Shown: positions 50,290-64,000, counted from the first letter of the stretch. The stretch is DNA of 64,000 nucleotides from Mobula birostris (GCF_030028105.1 NC_092393.1:31287248-31351247); one strand, 5' to 3'. A program made the numbers and translations. Notes: generated by a model from the sequence alone, not told the origin.

Positions 50290-53200
50290 AATGCTGTAGA
50301 ACACAGGCAGGAAGTATGTGTGTGAGGCCGGTGTTCTGTGCTCGGTGTCAAATGTGGGAAGTCATGGAGACTCCTAGCCTTCCGGACGGCCACAACTGCG
50401 CCAGGTGTATCAAGCTGCAGCTCCTCAGGGACTGCGTTAGGGAACTGGAGATGCAGTTCGATGACCTTCATCTGGTCAGGGAAAGTGAGGAGGTGATAGA
50501 TAGGAGCTATAGGCAGGTAGACACACCAGGACCTCGTGAGACAGGTAAATGGGTAACAGTCAGGAGAGGGAAGGGCAAGAGACAGATACTAGAGAACACC
50601 CCAGTGGCTGTCCCCCTTACAATTAGTACTCCTTTTGAGTTCTGTTGGGGGAGATAGCCTACCTGGGGGAAGCAACAGTGGCCACGCCTCTGGCACAGAG
50701 TCTGGTCCTGTGCCTCAGAAGGGTAGGAAAAGGAAGAGGATGGCAGCAGTGATAGGGGACTCTATAGTTAGGGGGTCAGACAGGCAATTCTGTGGACGCA
50801 GGAAAGAAACATGGATGGTAGTTTGCCTCCCAGGTGCCAGGGTTCGGAATGTTTCTGAAGTGGGAAGGAGAACAGCCAGAGGTCATGGTACGTGATTGGT
50901 ACCAATGACATAGGTAGGAAAAGGGAGGAGGTACTGAAAGCAGACTACAGGGAGTTAGGAGGGAAGTTGAGAAGCCGGACCACAAAGGTAGTCATCTTGG
51001 GATTACTGCCTGTGCCACGTGACAGTGAGTATAGGAATAGAATGAGGTGGAGGATAAATGCATGGCTGAGGGATTGGAGCAGGGGGCAGGGATTCAGATT
51101 TCTGGACCATTAGGACCTCTTTTGGGGCAGGTGTGACAGGTACAAAAACGACGGGTTGCACTTGAATCCCAGGGGGACCTATATCCTGGTGGGGAGGTTT
51201 GCTAAGGCTATTGGGGAGAGTATAAACTAGAATTGCTGGGAGTGGGAACTGAACTGATAGAACAATTCTATCTCCGTTACCATAGCATTGGAGAGGGATA
51301 GGAACAGACAAGTTAGGAAAGCGTTTAATTGGAGTAAGGAAAAATATGAGGCTATCAGGCAGGAACTTGGAAGCATAAATTGGAAACAGATGTTCTCAGG
51401 GAAACGTATGGAAGAAATATGGCAAATGTTCAGGGGATGTTTGCGTGGGGTTCTGCATAGGTACGTTCAAATGAGACAGGAAAATGATGGTAGGGTGCAG
51501 GAACTGTGGTGTACAAAGGCTGTTATAAATCTAGTCAAGAAGAAAAGAAGAGCTTACGAAAGGTTCAAAAAACTGGGTAATGATAGGGATCTAGAAGATT
51601 ATAAGGCTAGCAGGAAGAAGCTTAAGAATGAAATTAGGAAAGCCAGAAGGGGCCATAAGAAGGCCTTGGCAGACAGGATTAAGGAAAACCCCAAGGCGTT
51701 CTACAAGTATGTGAAGAGCAAGAGGATAAGACATGAGAGAATAGGACCAATCAAGTATGACAGTAGAAAAGTGTGTTTGAAACCGGAGGAGAGAGCAGAG
51801 GTATTTAATGAATACTTTGCTTCAGTATTCACTATGGAAAAGGACCTTGGTGATTGTAGGAATGACTTACAGTGGACTGAAAAGTTTGAACATATAGACA
51901 TTAAGAAAGAGGATGTGCTGAAGCTTTTGGAAAGCATCAAGATGGGTAAGTCACCGGGACCGGATGAGATGTACCCCAGGGAACTGTGGGAGGCGAGGGA
52001 GAAGATTGCTGAGCTTCTAGTAATGATCTTTGCATCATCAGTGGGGACGGGAGAGGTTCCAGAGGTTTGCAGAGTTGCAGATTTTGTTCCCTTATTCAAG
52101 AAAGGGAATAGAGATAGCCCAGGAAACTATAGACCAGTGAGTCTTATTTTAGTGGTTGGTAAGTTGATGGAGAAGATCCTGAGAGGCAGAATTTATGAAC
52201 ATTTGGAGAGGCATAATACGATTAGGAATAGTCAGCATGGCTTTGTGAAAGGCAGGTCGTACCTTACGAGCCTGATTGAATCTTTTGAGGATGTGACTAA
52301 ACACTTTGATGAAGGTAGAGCAGTAAATGTAGCCTATATAGACTTCAGCAAGGCATTTGGTAAGGTACCCCATGCAAGGCTTATTGAGAAAGTAAAGAGT
52401 CATGGGATCCAAGGAGACATTGCTTTCTGGATCCAGAACTGGCTTGCCCACAGAAGGCAAGGAGTGATTGTAGACGGGTCATATTCTGCATGGAGGTCAG
52501 TCACCGGTGGTGTGTCTCAGGGATCAGTTCTGGGACCGCTTCTCTTTGTGATTTTTATAAATGACCTAGATGAGGAAGTGGAGGGATGGGTTGGTAAATT
52601 TGCTGATGACACAAAGGTTGGAGGTGTTGTGGGTAGTGTGGAGGGCTGTCAGAAGTTACAGCGGGATATTGATAGGATGGAAGACTGGGCTGAGAAGTGG
52701 CAGATGGAGTTCAATACAGATAAGTGTGAGGTGGTTCATTTTAGTAGGTCAAATATGATGACAAAAGAGGGTGCCCACCTGATGACCATGTTGATGTACC
52801 AACCCTCCCTTCTTGTCACCACTCCAAGCCCACTGCCAACATCGAGAATGCCAACTTACCTTAGGGACTGAAACATCAAGTGTTAGGAGCTCTACTATTA
52901 ATGGTAAGACTCTTGGCAGTATGGAGGATCAGAGGAATCTTGGGGTCCGAGTCCATAGGACACTCAAATCTACGGCGCAAGTTGACTCTGTGGTTAAGAA
53001 GACTTACGGTGCATTGGCTTCATCAATCGTGGGATTGAGTTTAAGAGCCAAGAAGTAATGTTACAGCTATATAGGACATTGGTCAGACTGCACTTGGAGT
53101 ACTGTGCTCAGTTATGATCGCCTCACTACCGGAAGGATGTGGAAACTATAGAAAGAGTGCAGATGAGATTTATAAGGTTGTTGCCTGGATTGGGGAGCAT

Positions 53201-53604
53201 GCCTTATGAGAATAGGTTGAGTGAACTCGGCCTTTTCTCCTTGGAGAGATGAAGGATGAGAGGTGACCTGATAGAGGTGTACAGGATGATGAGAGGCATT
53301 GATTATGTGGATAGGCGGAGGCTTTTTCCCAGGGCTGAAATGGCTAACGCGAGAGGGCACAGCTTTAAAGTGCGTGGAAGTAGGTACAGAGGAGATGTCT
53401 TGGGTAAGTTTTTTACACAGAGAGTGGTGAGTGTGTGGAATGGGCTGCCGGCGACAGTGGTGGAGGCGGAAACAATAAGGTCTTTTAAGAGACTCCTGGA
53501 TAGGTACATGGAGCTTAGAGAAATAGGTAACCCTAGGTAATTTCTAAGGTAAGGACATGTGGGCCAAAGGGCCTGTATTGTGCTGCAGGTTTTCTATGTT
53601 CCTA
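50290..53604 (+). mobile_element. CR1 LINE with ORF1 (zinc finger + SGNH esterase), deleted APE and a 527-codon RT-containing ORF
   Basis: CARCQMWE..NCARCIKLQ; IGDSIVRG..IGTNDI; junction near 51255 skips the endonuclease; ORF 51288-52871 with SQGSVLGP and KFADD; 3' tail ~53600. Confidence 0.9.
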
Positions 53605-54149
53605 TACAAGTAGACCATTCAGTTCATCAAGTTTATGCCAGTTCAAACAGCAATTTCTTTCCCCCACTAGTTTTCCATAGAATCTATTCCCCCTACATTT
53701 CCATTAACACTACCAAGAGGATCAAATTATATTCGTGATATAACTTGCAATTCTACCACCCTTGGGCTGTGGGAGGAAACCAAAGATTGTGGGGGAAATG
53801 CATGTGGTTGCAGAGACAACATTCAATCTATTGTTACTTCTAACCTTCTAGGTTTAATAATAGCTTGTTTAATTTCCAGTAACCAGATTTCTCTGTATCA
53901 TTAGTGTTCAGTTCTACTGTAGGTCTTCCATTTGTGTTATTGGCTCCATTTTTCTCTCTGTATTAGCACTGCCTGACCTCCAAGGTATTTCCTTTAGCTT
54001 AATGTCATTGTAACTTTCACATTCACTGGTGACTTATTTCAGTTCATCCACAAAACAGTTTAATTCTTCACTCTCATAGCTCTTTTTTCCTTTTTCAAAG
54101 TGGTCGGGGTCCTGTTGGGATCCTTGATCTACAGCTACAGCTCAGACTG

Positions 54150-54758
54150 CAGTTTTGAATTGAATTGAATTGAATGGACTTTATTTCGTACATCCTTCAC
54201 AAACATGAGGAGTAAAAATCTTTATGTTACGTCTCCAGCTAAATGTGCAATGTGCAATCATAGTAATTGATAATATTTTATAATAAATAGAACAGTATAG
54301 AGTACAGAATTTAATATAGAGTACATTCAAATCAGCGTGAGTTCATCAGTCTGATGGCCTGGTAGAAGAAGCTGTCACGGAGCCTGTTGGTCCTGGCTTT
54401 TATGCTGCGGTACTGCTTCCCAGATGGTAGCAGCTGGAATAGATTGTGGCTGGAATGGCATGGTTTCTCAATGATCCTATGAGCCCTTTTTACACACCTG
54501 TCCTTGTAAATATCCTGAATCATGGGAAGTTCACAACTACTCAACAGTTCTTCACGGGCTGCGGGTTCTCGCTCTCGGAACCCACCGAGTGACTTGTTGT
54601 TTCGATATCTCCAGGAAGAAACGCACCTTGGGGGTGCAGCCCTGTAGATGACCCGGTTCCTTGCTGATGTTGCTGACTGAAGCCTTGTGGGAGATTGAAG
54701 CATCCAGACAGCAGGTGGTGCGCACGGCTGCCGAAAGAAGTCCTCTGAACTTGAGTGA

Positions 54759-54824
<66 letters not shown>

Positions 54825-55710
54825 GTCCTCACAATGGGGGATCTTGGAAAAGTGACATAGAGGACTGTAACATCAAAGCAGCCAGCTTTTGGCCTCGCCT
54901 CTCATTGTGACAGGATAAATAACTCTCTTCCTTGCTAGTGAGAGAGGTCCAAATGTTGGGATGGACACTAGTTTTTGGTGGACTCTACTCTAGATCATGG
55001 TTGCTGGGGGCTTTGCTATTGCTTGCATGGTGCGTGGTGAGGGTTAATGCTTTTTCTGAAGCATATGGGGGGAGGGGGAAGTGGTGGGTTGATATTACTG
55101 CTACTGATAGTGAGTGGGAGGGGATGGGGGCTTTGGGGTTCTAATGTCTTCTGTCATACATTCTTTGGGTTTTTTTTCTGTTTTGAGGATGTCCATGAAG
55201 AATAAGAATTTCAGGTTGTATACTGCATACATTCACTGATATTAAAATAAGCCATTGAACCATTGAGCGTATCTGTAAGGAGCACTGCCACAATGAAGCA
55301 GCATCTATCATGAAGGAACCCCACCATTCAGCCATCGTCTCTTGCTGCTGCTATTGCAAAGGAGGTACTGGAGACTTAGTTCCAGAAAAAAACAGGTTCA
55401 AGAACAATTATTACCCTTGAACCATCGGTCTCCTGACCTGGTGTGCATATCTTCATTCACCTCAACACTGAACAGATACCACAACCTATGGACTAACTTT
55501 CAAGGTCTCCACAACTCGTGTTCTCAAAAGTATTTATTTATTTGTTTTTGAATAATTTGTCTTCTTTTGCACATTGGGTGTTTGTAAGTTTTCATTGTTT
55601 CCATCGTTTTTCTTTGTTCTACTGTGAGTACCTGCAGGAAATGAATCTCTGGATGGTATATGGCAACATGTACCTACCTTGATAATACATTTAATTTGAA
55701 CTTTGAACTC
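54150..55710. mobile_element. Cluster of Rex1-like 3' fragments and associated repeat tails in both orientations
   Basis: (TTCAA)n tail at 54155-54175; RTNRLRDSFFYQAIRLMN on -; (TTGAACCA) tail at ~55250; further fragment 55260-55710. Confidence 0.6.
54759..54820. repeat. (TC)n microsatellite, ~31 units with one interruption
   Basis: Read directly. Confidence 0.95.
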
Positions 55711-56166
55711 GCTTTCTAACTTCTCTCAGTAACGTGTCAACCAGAAGACTTAATACATAGTTGGCACCATGCATTCCTGGTCTCATTCTACCAGAGATAG
55801 TATGATCTCTTCTCCACTTTCTCTGCAATTTATCACTAACTCGCTTGTATTTATTCACACTTCCACCAAAGAGTCCTCAACCTGAAACCATAACTCTGCT
55901 GCCTGAACAATTCTTCTGTTTCTAATTTATTCTGTAAAGTTTTTCAAGGTTGCAACAGGGTATTGAATTATCCAACCAGAACTGAATCGATTAAATGAAC
56001 AGTAAACATCCAATTTGAGCATCTTTGTGATGGGCAAAGAATTCAAGATATTATGAAGCGAGGATAATTCTGCTTGGGATTTACACCTTCCAAAGTAATG
56101 GTCTCTGGTCATAGACAATATTGTTTTACATCATTTGCATGAGTTGATAGACATTCATCTAGCATA

Positions 56167-57260
56167 AACACGAGGAATTCTGCAGGTGCTGGAAATTCAA
56201 GCAACGCACATCAAAGTTGCTGGTGAACGCAGCAGGCCAGGGAGCATCTGTAGGAAAAGGTACAGTCGATGTTTTGGGCCGAGACCCTTCGTCAGGACTA
56301 AGTGAAGGAAGAGCTAGCAAGAGATTTGAAAGTGGGGAGGGGGAGGGGGAGATCCAAAATGATAGGAGAAGACAGGAGGGGGAGGGATGGAGCCAAGAGC
56401 TGGACAGGTGATTGGCAAAAGGGTATGAGAGGATCATGGGACAGGAGGCCCAGGGAGAAGGAAAAGGGGGAGGGGGGAAAAAACCCAGAGGATGGGCAAG
56501 GGGTATAGTCAGAGGGACAGAGGGAGAAAAAGGAGAAAGAGAGAAAGAATGTGTGTATATAAATAAATAACAGATGGGGTACAAGGGGGAGGTGGGGCAT
56601 TAGCAGAAGTTAGAGAAGTCAATGTTCATGCCATCAGGTTGGAGGCTACCCAAACAGAATATAAGGTGTTGTTACTCCAACCTGGGTGTGGCTTCATCTT
56701 TACAGTAGAGGAGGCCGTGAATAGACGTATCAGAATGGGAATGGAATGTGGAATTAAAATGTGTGGTCACTGGGAGATCCTGCTTTCTCTGGCGGACAAA
56801 GTGTAGGTGTTCAGCAAAATGATCTCCCAGTCTGCATCGGGTCTCACCAATATATAGAAGGCCACATCGGGAGCACCAGGCGCAGTATATCACCCCAGCC
56901 GACTCACAGGTGAAGTGCCGCCTCACCTGGAAGGACTGTCTGGGGTCCTGAATGGTGGTAAGGAAGGAAGTGTAAGGGCATGTGTAGCACTTGTTCCGCT
57001 TACAAGGATAAGTGCCAGGAGGGAGATCAGTGGGGAGGGATGGGGGGGGATGAATGGACAAGGGAGTCGCGTAGGGAGCGATCCCTGCAGAAAGCAGAGA
57101 GAGGGGTCAGGGAAAGATGTGCTTAGTGGTGGGATCCCACTGGAGGTGGCAGAAGTTACGGAGAATAATATATTGGACCAGGATGCTGGTGGGGAGGTAG
57201 GGGAGGACCAGGGGAACCCTATTCCTAGAGGGGTGACGGGAGGATGGAGTGAGAGCAGAT
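56167..57260 (-). mobile_element. Penelope-like element 3' part: Cys-rich linker + GIY-YIG endonuclease (ORF 56672-57061), 3'UTR, hammerhead
   Basis: CKRNKCYTCPY..VIYC..CSRCGLLYIGETRCRLGDHFAEH..HFNS. Motif tagtc-CTGACGA-agggtctcggccc-AAAACATC-gactg at 56263-56299. Candidate TSD catctagca at 56156-56164 and 57262-57270. Confidence 0.88.
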
Positions 57261-58303
57261 CCATCTAGCAGCCCACTTAAGGCAGGAATAGAGAATGATC
57301 GTAATAAATCCAAGGGACTGTGGGTGACTTCTGTTCATAGGTCAAACCATGCTGACTGCTCACAATTCAAAGAAAGCTCCAGCAGGTAATAAAAACATGT
57401 TTTCCACTCACAAAAATATTAAAATAATTTGTTATTTCACTAGTGCAGATAAACAGCTGACAGTGCATAAGACACCAACTTGATAATCTAGATTTATAAA
57501 TTTCTATGGTAAAATGTGGGCAGAAGGACTCATTTATGGCACTTAATTGCAAGAAATCAAGGAGATCAAATTTAAAAACAGATAATGATAGAACAATAAT
57601 ATATTGTATAGTTATATTATTTTAAGAATAATTGTTTGGAAAAGAGTGAGAATGCATAACTGAATAAAGAACTAATAGAAATAAAGAAATAAAAGAGGGG
57701 AGGAGAGGATGGCGGCGCAACGCCATTGAGTGGCTAAAACTTCCTCCTTTGTCAGAACAGAATGATGCTTTCCTAGAGGAATATTATGATCAAAGCAGTT
57801 GATAAAGAGGAGATTTGGAGAAAGGTACAGCTCAGTTGTTAATACTTCTTCATTTAGGTCAGCCTCGAGCACAAAAATCTAGTCAGCCTCCTCCTCCTAT
57901 AGCCCTGAGTGAATACTGCACTTCCACAAGTTTTGCTCTCTGAAGAAAAGATATTAGAGAGAAAACTATGAAGGGAGTAACAGCATTAATAATTTAGATT
58001 GATGACACTTCATCAGCAAAGAGTTACTCACTGAATTGTGCAGCAATGTGCTTGATCATGCTTTGCTTTATGAAAAATGGTAGAAACTATATTAGACAGA
58101 AAATTTCACACTTTTCATAACAGCCATTTATACGTGGGTTGACAAGTGGTGTCAATGAGTAATTCAAAAGGTAGGTAAGTGGATGTGAAAGTACCAGTGC
58201 ATTATTCTGTCAATCACCTTATTTTCCTGAAATCTGAGATTGGAAGAAGATGCTTGCAGGCAGCTTGAATGACGCTGTTTCAATTAAAATGCAATCCAAC
58301 TTA

Positions 58304-60713
58304 TAGAAACATAGAAACATAGAAAATAGGTGCAGGAGTAGGCCATTCGGCCCTTCGAGCCTGCACCGCCATTCAGTATGATCATGGCTGATCATCCAAC
58401 TCAGAACCCTGTACCAGCCTTCCCTCCATACCCCCGATCCCTTTAGCCACAAGGGCCATATCTAACTCCCTCTTAAATATAGCCAATGAGCTGGCCTCAA
58501 CTGTTTCCTGTGGCAGAGAATTTCACAGATTCACCACTCTCTGTGTGAAGAAGTTTTTCCTCATCTCGGTCCTAAAAGGCTTCCCCTTTATCCTCAAACT
58601 GTGACCCCTCGTTCTGGACTTCCCCAACATTGGGAACAATCTTCCTGCATCTAGCCTGTCCAATCCCTTTAGAATTTTATATGTTTCAATAAGATCCCCC
58701 CTCAATCTTCTAAATTCCAACGAGTATAAGCCTAGTCAATCCAGTCTTTCATCATATGAAAGTCCTGCCATCCCAGGAATCAATCTGGTGAACCTTCTTT
58801 GTATTCCCTCTATGGCAAGGATGTCTTTCCTCAGATTAGGGGACCAAAACTGCACACAATGGCCTCACCAAGGCCTTGTACAACTGCAGTAGTACCTCCC
58901 TGCTCCTGTACTCGAATCCTCTTGCTATGAATGCCAGTATACCATTCACCTTTTTCACTGCCTCCTGTACCTGCATGCCCACTTTCAATGACTAGTCTAT
59001 AATGACACCCAGGTCTCGTTGCACCTCCCCTTTTCCTAATCGGCCACCATTCAGATAATAATCTGTTTTCCTGTTTTTGCCACCAAAGTGGATAACCTCA
59101 CATTTATCCACATTAAATTGTATCTGCCATGAATTTGCGCATTCACCTAACATATCCAAGTCACCCTGCACCCTCTTAACATCCTCCTCATGGCTGCCGC
59201 CCAGCTTTGTGTCATCCGCAAACTTGGAGGTGCTGCATTTAATTCCCTCATCTAAGTCATTAATATATATTGTAAACAATTGGGGTCCCAGCACTGAGCC
59301 TTGCTGTACCCCACTAGTCACTGCCTGCCATTCTGAAAAGGTCCCATTTATTCCCACTCTTTGCTTCCTGTCTGCCAACCAATTCTCTATCCAGATCAAT
59401 ACCTTACCCCCAATACCGTGTGCTTTAAGTTTGCACAAAAAATCTCCTGTGTGGGACCTTGTCAAAAGCGTTTTGAAAATCCAAATATACCACATCCACT
59501 GATTCTCCCCCATCCACTCTACTAGTTACATCCTCAAAAAATTCTATGAGATTCGTCAGACGTGACTTTCCTTTCACAAATCCATGCTGACTTTGTCTGA
59601 TGATTACACCGCTTTTCAAATGTGCTGTTATCACATCTTTGATAACTTACTCTAGCATTTTCCCCACCACCGATGTTAGACTAACCGGTATATAATTCTC
59701 TGGTCTCTCTTTCCCTCCTTTTTTAAAAAGTGGGGTTACATTAGCCACCCTCCAATCCCCAGGAACTAGTCCAGAATCTAAAGAGTTTTGAAAAATTATC
59801 ACTAATGCATCCACTATTTCTTGGGCTACTTCCTTAAGCACTCTGTGATGCAGACCATCTGGCCCTGGGGATTTATCTGCCTTTAATCCCTTCAATTTAC
59901 CTAACACCACTTCCCTACTAACATGTATTTCCCTCAGTTCCTCCATCTCACTGGACTCTCTGTCCCCTACTATTTCTGGAAGATTATTTATGTCTTCCTT
60001 AGTGAAGACAGAACCAAAGTAGTTATTCAATTGGTCTGCCATGTCCTTGCTCCCCATAATCAATTCACCTGTTTTTGTCTGTAGGGGACCTACATTTGTC
60101 TTAACCAATCTTTTTCTTTTCACAGATCTATAAAAGCTTTTACAGTCAGTTTTTATGTTCCCTGCCAGTTTTCTCTCATAATCTTTTCTCCCCTTCCTAA
60201 TTAAGCCCTTTGTCCTCCTCTGCTGGACTCTGAATTTCTCCCAGTCCTCAGGTGAGCCATTTTTTCTGGCTAATTTGTATGCTTCTTCTTTGGAATTGAT
60301 ACTATCCCTAATTTCCCTTGTCAGCCACGGGTGCACTACCTTCCTTGACTTATTCTTTTGCCAAACTGGGATGAACAATTGTTGTAGTTCATCCATGCAA
60401 CCTTTAAATGCTTACCATTGCATATCCACCGTCAACCCTTTAAGTCTCATTTGCCAGTCTATCTTAACTAATTCTCATACCTTCAAAGTTATGCTTCTTT
60501 ACGTTCAGAACCTTTGTTTCTGAATTAACTATGTCACTCTCCACCCTAATGAAGAATTCCACCATATTACGGTCACTCTTACCCAAGAGGCCTCTCACGA
60601 CAAGATTGCTCATTAACCCTTCCTCATTGCTCAATACCCAGTCCAGAATGGCCTGTTCCCTAGTTGGTTCCTCGACATGTTGGTTCAAAAAACCCATCCC
60701 GCATATATTCCAA
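58304..60713 (-). mobile_element. Young CR1 LINE, third copy of the family at 8818 and 34613
   Basis: Near-identical 3' end and RT ORF fragments (59647-60396, 58992-59513). Confidence 0.92.
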
Positions 60714-61869
60714 GAAAGGATCACATGCATTGGATCACATGTTGTGCATGGAATAGAATCATCATGTGGCAGAATATAATTTATTTTTGTGAACATATGT
60801 GGATAACTTCAATCAATCACACCACTCTGAACTGATTTTACAACCTACATGCTCACTCTCAAGGATTCTTTACAACTCATGTTCGCAGTATTATTTTTAT
60901 TTGCACAAATTGTCTTCTTTTGCGCATTGGTTGTTTGTCAGTTGTGGTCTGTTTAGGTATAGTCTTTCATAAATTCTATTCTCTCTCTCTTTTTCCTGTA
61001 AATGTACGCAAGAAAAATGAATCTCACGTAATATATGGTAATATATACGTACTTTCATAAAAAATAATTTGAACTTTGAAATTCAAAATTAAAAACATTT
61101 GTCAGATTTATTGCGAGAGTGTTAGGAACATGAAAGTGCTGAAGCAACATAATAAACGTACTGGAAAAAATCAAGCTTGTTATGCTTGTTATGACATTTC
61201 CAGTTCAAAGGTGAACATCATAGGATTTTCAATCACCATATCAATAATAAATCTCTCCCAATGTTTTCAAAAGGTTATGTTATATGTCATTGAAGCATAA
61301 AACAAAGGACATTTTGCATTAAAATAAGTGAGGTAGTTTCAGCAGATATTTTTCCTTGAGGTTAGAGAATGATGTCAGGGTGAGTTATAATGCTGTAAGA
61401 CAAATTATTATGCCTTGTGCCTGCCCTTAAACAATGGATTGCTGAAATATTCTTTCACTTCTAGGGAAATGAAAAGCAACAAAGTAACATCAAATGCATC
61501 AACCATAATTCCTACCCAAAATCATTGGAAAATAAATAGTCAATATGAAGATGGGAATGTCTGTATCACCATTTGATTTCTTTCTTGTTCAAAGTTCGAA
61601 GTAAAATTTATTGTGAGTACATACATTTTCCTGTGGGCATACCCAGCAAATCTATGGCACAGTAACTGTAAACAGGATCAATGACTGAGCAAGAGCAAAG
61701 ACAACAAACAGTGCAAATGCAAATACAAATAAATAGCAATAAATTTAGAAGGCATGAAATAACAAGATAAAGAATCTTTAAAGTGAGATCAATGGTTGTG
61801 GGAACCCAGGAATAGAATGTGTATAGTTATCCTCTTTTGTTCAAGAGCCTGATGGCTGAGGGGTAGTAG

Positions 61870-62534
61870 ATTAGATTATTAGATTATGAGGACACTCAGT
61901 CCTCATTTATTGTCATTTAGTAATGCATGCGTTAAGAAATGATACAATGTTCGTCCAGTATGATATCACAGAAAACAAGACAGACCAAGACTAAAACTGA
62001 CAAAAACCACATAATTATAACATACAGTTATAATATAATATAATTTGATACAGAGCAGACCATGGGCACGGTAAAAAAAAGTCTCAAAGTCCCGATAGCC
62101 CCGTCATCTCATGCAGACAGTGGAAGGAAGAAACTCTCCCTGCCATGAACCTCCAGCGCCGCAAACTTGCCGATGCAGCACCCTGGAAGCACCCGACCAC
62201 AGTCCGACTCTTGAGTCCATCCGAAAACTTCGAGCCTCCGACCAGCCCTCCGACACCAAGCAACGAGCACCATCTCTGCCGAGCGCTTCGACCCCGACCC
62301 CAGCCACCGAGCAACAGGCAAAGCTGAGGACTCGGGACCTTCCCCTCTGGAGATTCTGGATCGCACAGTAGCAGCGGCAGCGAAACAGGCATTTCAGAAG
62401 TTTCACCAGATGTTCCTCCATGCTTCTCACATCCGTCTCCATCAAATCAGGATTGTGCAGGGCATCCTACTTGACAAATAACAGATATTCATCACCGGAG
62501 AGGCCGCTGCACGCTGCGTCGCGCCGCCATCTTG
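61870..62534 (-). mobile_element. Non-coding retroelement starting CAAGATGGCGGC, with a (CTAAT) tail, inserted in a Rex1-like 3' fragment
   Basis: 5' YY1-like motif, GC-rich body, simple-repeat tail; host sequence gagcctgatgg..ctgttcttgaa is split around it. Confidence 0.45.
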
Positions 62535-64000
62535 TCTTCTCTGTTCTTGAAGCTGGTGGTGTGAGTCCTGAGGCAAATGTATCTTCTGCCTGATGGCAGC
62601 AGTGGGAAAAGAGCATGGCCTGGGTGGTGAGGATCTTTAATGATGGGTAATGGTTTTCTATGATTATGTTTCAGGAAGATGTGCTCTATGGTTGGGAGGG
62701 CTTAAACCGTGATGTACTGGGCTGAATTCTTGTTTGCTAAGAATCACTTTAATTTCTCATTTCTTTCAAAAAATAACAGAATAAATGCATTTCCTTGATT
62801 AGCTATGCACATCATGTTAAACCCAGCATGTCTATGCTCCTTTATTTTCCTGCTATTCTCTGTATAAACCTACAAGCCAAATTAGCAAATTAACTTAGCA
62901 ATGAAACACTGTGGACCACCTCTTGTATTGCCATGGTCTTTGTTTCAATTGTCTTTTTCCTTGCATGTAAGGTCTTATTTTTGCATGGTCTTTTTTTCAG
63001 TGTGATAACATTTATGCATTATTTATATTAGGAGTATTGAGTGAGTCTGTGATGAATTTTTCATAGCACCGTACCTTGCCGTATTTGTGCTCAAGACAAA
63101 TTCAGCTTGACATTGGATGAACCTCAAAGCAAAATTGTAAGTTTCATCAGCTTCCTGCTTTAAGGTGAAAGAGCAGCAGATTGCTTGCAAGCACTAGGTG
63201 AAGAAACCGGAAACTAGTTTGAAAAAGTAACGGTGTGTGAAATGGCGATGGTGTGAAAATGCCCCTGAGCTTTCTCTTTTTTCATATACTCTGAGGAAGA
63301 GAGAGTATTCAATGGGTTCATTCACCTTCTGCTATCCAAGGGCTGGCCAAGCAGATTTCTTCAGTCGTTGCTAAGTTTTATTTTCCTTCATCTGCATTCT
63401 TTTAGCTCCCTCTGATGGAATAACTTTTCATAATCTAAAATCATTTCACTTGAAAATATTAAAGTTCATTTCTTTAAAGCATGCAACTAGAATGAGCTTG
63501 TGAGGGCAAATGTGATCAAGGTTAAAAAAAAGGCAAACTGAATCTGTCTTTTAGTTCTGAATTATTGTGTTCTATCCCCAAAAAAGCTACGTTTTGAGGC
63601 TTACGCTTTACAAAAATACATACATAAAATGTTTCTATTTTATTCCTAATTTAAATTAGCCTTTAACATGGGATTTACCCAATTCACATTTTCTCATTAT
63701 TTAATTTGGATTTTTCACAACTAAAATGAGCGAACAAAATGTGATAGCTGTGATTAAGATTAATAAATTACATCAATAAAAAATTTATTTTTCAATTTCT
63801 TCCCTTTCCCTTGCATGTTAATAGGTCAGAAGTGAATGTGATTACTCTCACTTGATTGTTTTTTAAGTTTTAGCCTACACTCAGCCACCAGTAGTGGCAT
63901 TGATCTTCCTGAGTGTTGGACTGCACTCAACCATGTATTAATTAATCTTCCTGACTTGTACCTATTGCTGCCGATAATAAGGTAACTAAAATAACTGCGC

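Noticed and set aside
54332-54832. 166-aa ORF with ERERER repeats
   Set aside because: A chimera of the (TC)n microsatellite, an unrelated repeat and a Rex1 3' fragment.
62084-62445. Five overlapping ORFs in a GC-rich patch
   Set aside because: They lie in a GC-rich retroelement body with few stops by composition, and have no protein motifs.

Overview
Eukaryotic DNA, most likely a cartilaginous fish (ray-like, inferred from the repeat families and the divergent immune gene). One protein-coding gene is supported: a CD7-like Ig-superfamily receptor on the + strand. Its V-domain exon is 2221-2574, its stalk/TM exon 7842-7984, and its cytoplasmic exon with an SVYEDM motif 10660-10761. The leader exon is unresolved. 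By my interval estimate about two-thirds of the window is transposable-element debris. This includes CR1 LINEs (some retaining ORF1 zinc-finger/SGNH esterase, APE and RT segments), Rex1/Babar-like pieces, an L1, an RTE 3' end, a HERO-type RLE element, Penelope-like (GIY-YIG) elements, a Gypsy 5'LTR-PBS-gag remnant, solo LTRs (one with a perfect 20 x 24-bp array) and a Tc1-like MITE. The most notable non-coding signal is a dispersed minimal hammerhead-ribozyme motif in the Penelope-derived repeats. It occurs in two ~200-bp fold-back elements with 11-12-bp TSDs and in a subfamily with a non-canonical C6 core. All alignments and folds were done by eye; no database searches were run.
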